A stretch of 64,000 nt of DNA. Source: Candidatus Multivorans sp. (GTDB lineage: Bacteria; Acidobacteriota; Thermoanaerobaculia; Multivoradales; Multivoraceae). The stretch covers positions 3,866,341 to 3,930,340 of the forward strand of contig OZ242353.1 in NCBI GenBank assembly GCA_965208755.1, written 5' to 3'. How positions within the stretch are numbered: the stretch's first letter is position 1; every line of letters starts with the position of its first letter. Positions 62,106 through 64,000 of this stretch are shown piece by piece. The position numbers and the translations under genes are program-made. The notes under the pieces are model-generated. The model did not search any database and was not told the origin of the DNA. It saw nothing but the letters and a program-made list of their open reading frames with translations.

Positions 62106-64000
62106 CTAGCTCAGCAGGAGCCGGAGATCGTCGGCAGTGAGATCCCGCAGGGACGATCCGCCGCCTTCGAGGATCGCGTCGGCGATCTGCCGCTTCGATC
62201 GCTGGAGTTCCAGCATCTTCTCTTCCACGGTGTCACGCGCGATCAGGCGATAGGCGAACACAGGCTGGGTCTGGCCGATGCGGTGGGTGCGGTCGATGGC
62301 CTGCGCCTCGACGGCCGGGTTCCACCACGGATCGAGCAGGAAGACGTAACCGGCGGCGGTCAGGTTCAGACCGACGCCGCCCGCCTTCAGGCTGATCAGG
62401 AAGATGTTCGTGTCCGGGTCGTTCTGGAAGTGGTCGACCACCTCGCCGCGGTTCCGGGTCTGGCCGTCGAGGTAGGCGTAGGGGACGGCCTGCTCCTCGA
62501 GGTGGCTCCGCACGTAGGCCAGCAGCGACGTGAACTGGGAGAACACGAGGCACTTGTGGCCCTCGTCGAGCACCTCGGACACCTGCTCGAACAGCGACTC
62601 GAGCTTGGCGCTTCCGGCGTCGTTCCAGGACTCGTCGATGAGCCCCGGGTGGCAGGCGACCTGCCGCAGGCGGAGCAGCGCCTCGAGCACCTGCATCGCC
62701 GATCCGCCGACGCCCTTGTCCTCGACCTGCTTCAGCAGGCTGTCGCGGTAGCCGGCGCGGAGCTGATCGTAGATCTCCTGCTGCTTCGGGTTCAGGGTGC
62801 ACTGCAGGATCTGCTCGGTCTTCTCCGGCAGGTCCGGGAGCACCTCTCGCTTGCTGCGGCGGAGGATGAAGGGCCGCAGACCCTTGGCGACGAGGGCGAG
62901 TTCCTGTTGGCTCGGCGCCCGGCCGCCGGCAAGCACGTCCAGGGCCGGCAGCCGGCCGAGCAGTCCCGGGTTGAGGAACTCGAAGATCGAGCCGAGTTCG
63001 CCCAGGTGGTTCTCGATCGGGGTGCCGGTCAGCGCCAGGCGGTGCTGGCCGTTCAGCAGGCGGCAGGCCTTGGCGGTCTGCGAGGTCGCGTTCTTGATCG
63101 CCTGGGCTTCGTCGAGGATCACGGTGTCGAAGTCGACGGTCGCGAGGTAGCCGATGTCGCGGCGGACGGTGCCGTAGGTCGTGACGACGAGGTCGGCGGA
63201 GTCGACCTCGTCCCGCAGATCCTCGCGGTCGCGACCGGCGTACTCCAGCACCTTGAGGTCCGGCGTGAAGCGGGCGGCCTCGTCGATCCAGTTGTACACC
63301 AGGCTGCGCGGCGCGACGACCAGGTAGGGCAGTTTCGTCGTCCGCGAGGCGGTGCGGTACATGCGAAGCAGCGCCAGCGCCTGGATCGTCTTGCCCAGCC
63401 CCATGTCGTCCGCGAGCACGCCGCCGAGGCCGAACTCGCGCAGGAAGCACAGCCAGCCCAGGCCCAGGCGCTGGTAGGTGCGGAGCGTGCCGACGAAGCT
63501 GCGCGGCTCCTTCTTCGGCTTGATCGACGAGAAAGTGCTCAGCTTCTCGCGCAGCTCGGCGAAGGTCTTGCTGACGTTCACCGGCGGCGTCACGGCCAGG
63601 AGCGCGTCGACCAGCAAGGCCTGCGAGGGCAGGAAGCGCAGTCCCTCGTCGCTCGAGGCCTGCGCAAGCTGACTGAGCGAGCCGTAGTTCTCGACCCAGG
63701 CTGCCGGCAGCAGTCCCTTCGAGCCGTCGTCCAGCTCGACCGATCGCCGCCCCTCCGAGATCGCCGACAGGATCTCCGAGAACTCGATCTGGTCCCCGCC
63801 GAAGTCGATCTGGCCGCTGAGTTCGAACCAGTCGACACCGCTCTCGATACGTAACGCCGGCGGGCTTGGCGGCCGGATCGAGGCGCCGTGGGCTTCCACC
63901 TCCCATCCCTCCGCGAGCAGCGGCTCCGCGACCGCGGGCAGGTCGCGCGGCTCGAGCTCCAGGCTATGGCCGGCCTTGGACGCCACCGGCTTCAGGTCGA
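62106..64000 (-). CDS. SNF2-family DEAD/DEAH-box helicase (RapA/HepA-like), N-terminus outside the window
   Basis: LADDMGLGKTIQALALL (motif I), DEAQAIKN (motif II), helicase C-terminal motifs (QTRNRGEVV...LISLKAGGVGLNLTAA...DPWWNPAVEAQAIDRTHRIGQ). The frame stays open to the window edge beyond the first Met at 63986. Confidence 0.8.
   Translation of the reverse strand, partial: DLKPVASKAGHSLELEPRDLPAVAEPLLAEGWEVEAHGASIRPPSPPALRIESGVDWFELSGQIDFGGDQIEFSEILSAISEGRRSVELDDGSKGLLPAAWVENYGSLSQLAQASSDEGLRFLPSQALLVDALLAVTPPVNVSKTFAELREKLSTFSSIKPKKEPRSFVGTLRTYQRLGLGWLCFLREFGLGGVLADDMGLGKTIQALALLRMYRTASRTTKLPYLVVAPRSLVYNWIDEAARFTPDLKVLEYAGRDREDLRDEVDSADLVVTTYGTVRRDIGYLATVDFDTVILDEAQAIKNATSQTAKACRLLNGQHRLALTGTPIENHLGELGSIFEFLNPGLLGRLPALDVLAGGRAPSQQELALVAKGLRPFILRRSKREVLPDLPEKTEQILQCTLNPKQQEIYDQLRAGYRDSLLKQVEDKGVGGSAMQVLEALLRLRQVACHPGLIDESWNDAGSAKLESLFEQVSEVLDEGHKCLVFSQFTSLLAYVRSHLEEQAVPYAYLDGQTRNRGEVVDHFQNDPDTNIFLISLKAGGVGLNLTAAGYVFLLDPWWNPAVEAQAIDRTHRIGQTQPVFAYRLIARDTVEEKMLELQRSKRQIADAILEGGGSSLRDLTADDLRLLLS

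Overview
This is a high-GC (about 70%) bacterial chromosomal segment, densely coded, with frequent 4-bp ATGA/GTGA start-stop overlaps. Two paralogous VWFA-related acidobacterial-domain proteins, an Oar-like TonB-dependent receptor with an N-terminal carboxypeptidase-regulatory domain, and DUF3500/DUF5916/DUF6152 secreted proteins suggest an Acidobacteriota-like host. In order, the window holds: (1) a polysaccharide and nucleotide-sugar locus at 1-16.5 kb. It carries a Wzx-like flippase, two GT2 glycosyltransferases, a sulfatase-like lipoprotein, an HddC-GmhB-like nucleotidyltransferase/HAD-phosphatase fusion, an SDR epimerase, an RmlC-like cupin, an HddA-like GHMP kinase, a sugar C-methyltransferase, a hexapeptide O-acetyltransferase and an embedded vapBC toxin-antitoxin pair. 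(2) A small accessory islet at 16.5-21 kb with DUF4160, a lipoprotein, a gamma-class N6-adenine methyltransferase with an overlapping putative endonuclease ORF, and a pRiA4b-ORF3-like protein. (3) A leucine/isovalerate-catabolism-like cluster: acyl-CoA synthetase, methylcrotonyl-CoA-carboxylase-like beta and alpha subunits, enoyl-CoA hydratase and a GST. (4) An alternative-complex-III-like operon ActA-B1-B2-C-D that lacks ActE/ActF. (5) A run of secreted and outer-membrane proteins plus an acyl-CoA dehydrogenase. (6) A Dcm-type C5 methyltransferase, a NotI-family restriction endonuclease and Vsr. (7) An ABC-transporter module with two Yip1-like proteins. (8) The most unusual part: a compact minus-strand operon encoding a membrane-anchored thioredoxin-fold CxxC protein, a standalone C39 bacteriocin-processing peptidase domain, and four small cysteine-pair peptides. 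One of these is a 57-aa double-glycine-leader peptide that is absent from the ORF track. Two others are tandem paralogs with a conserved Sec-type leader and completely divergent cores. (9) A 3'-partial SNF2-family helicase. A roughly 190-bp repeat family brackets modules 6, 7 and 8.
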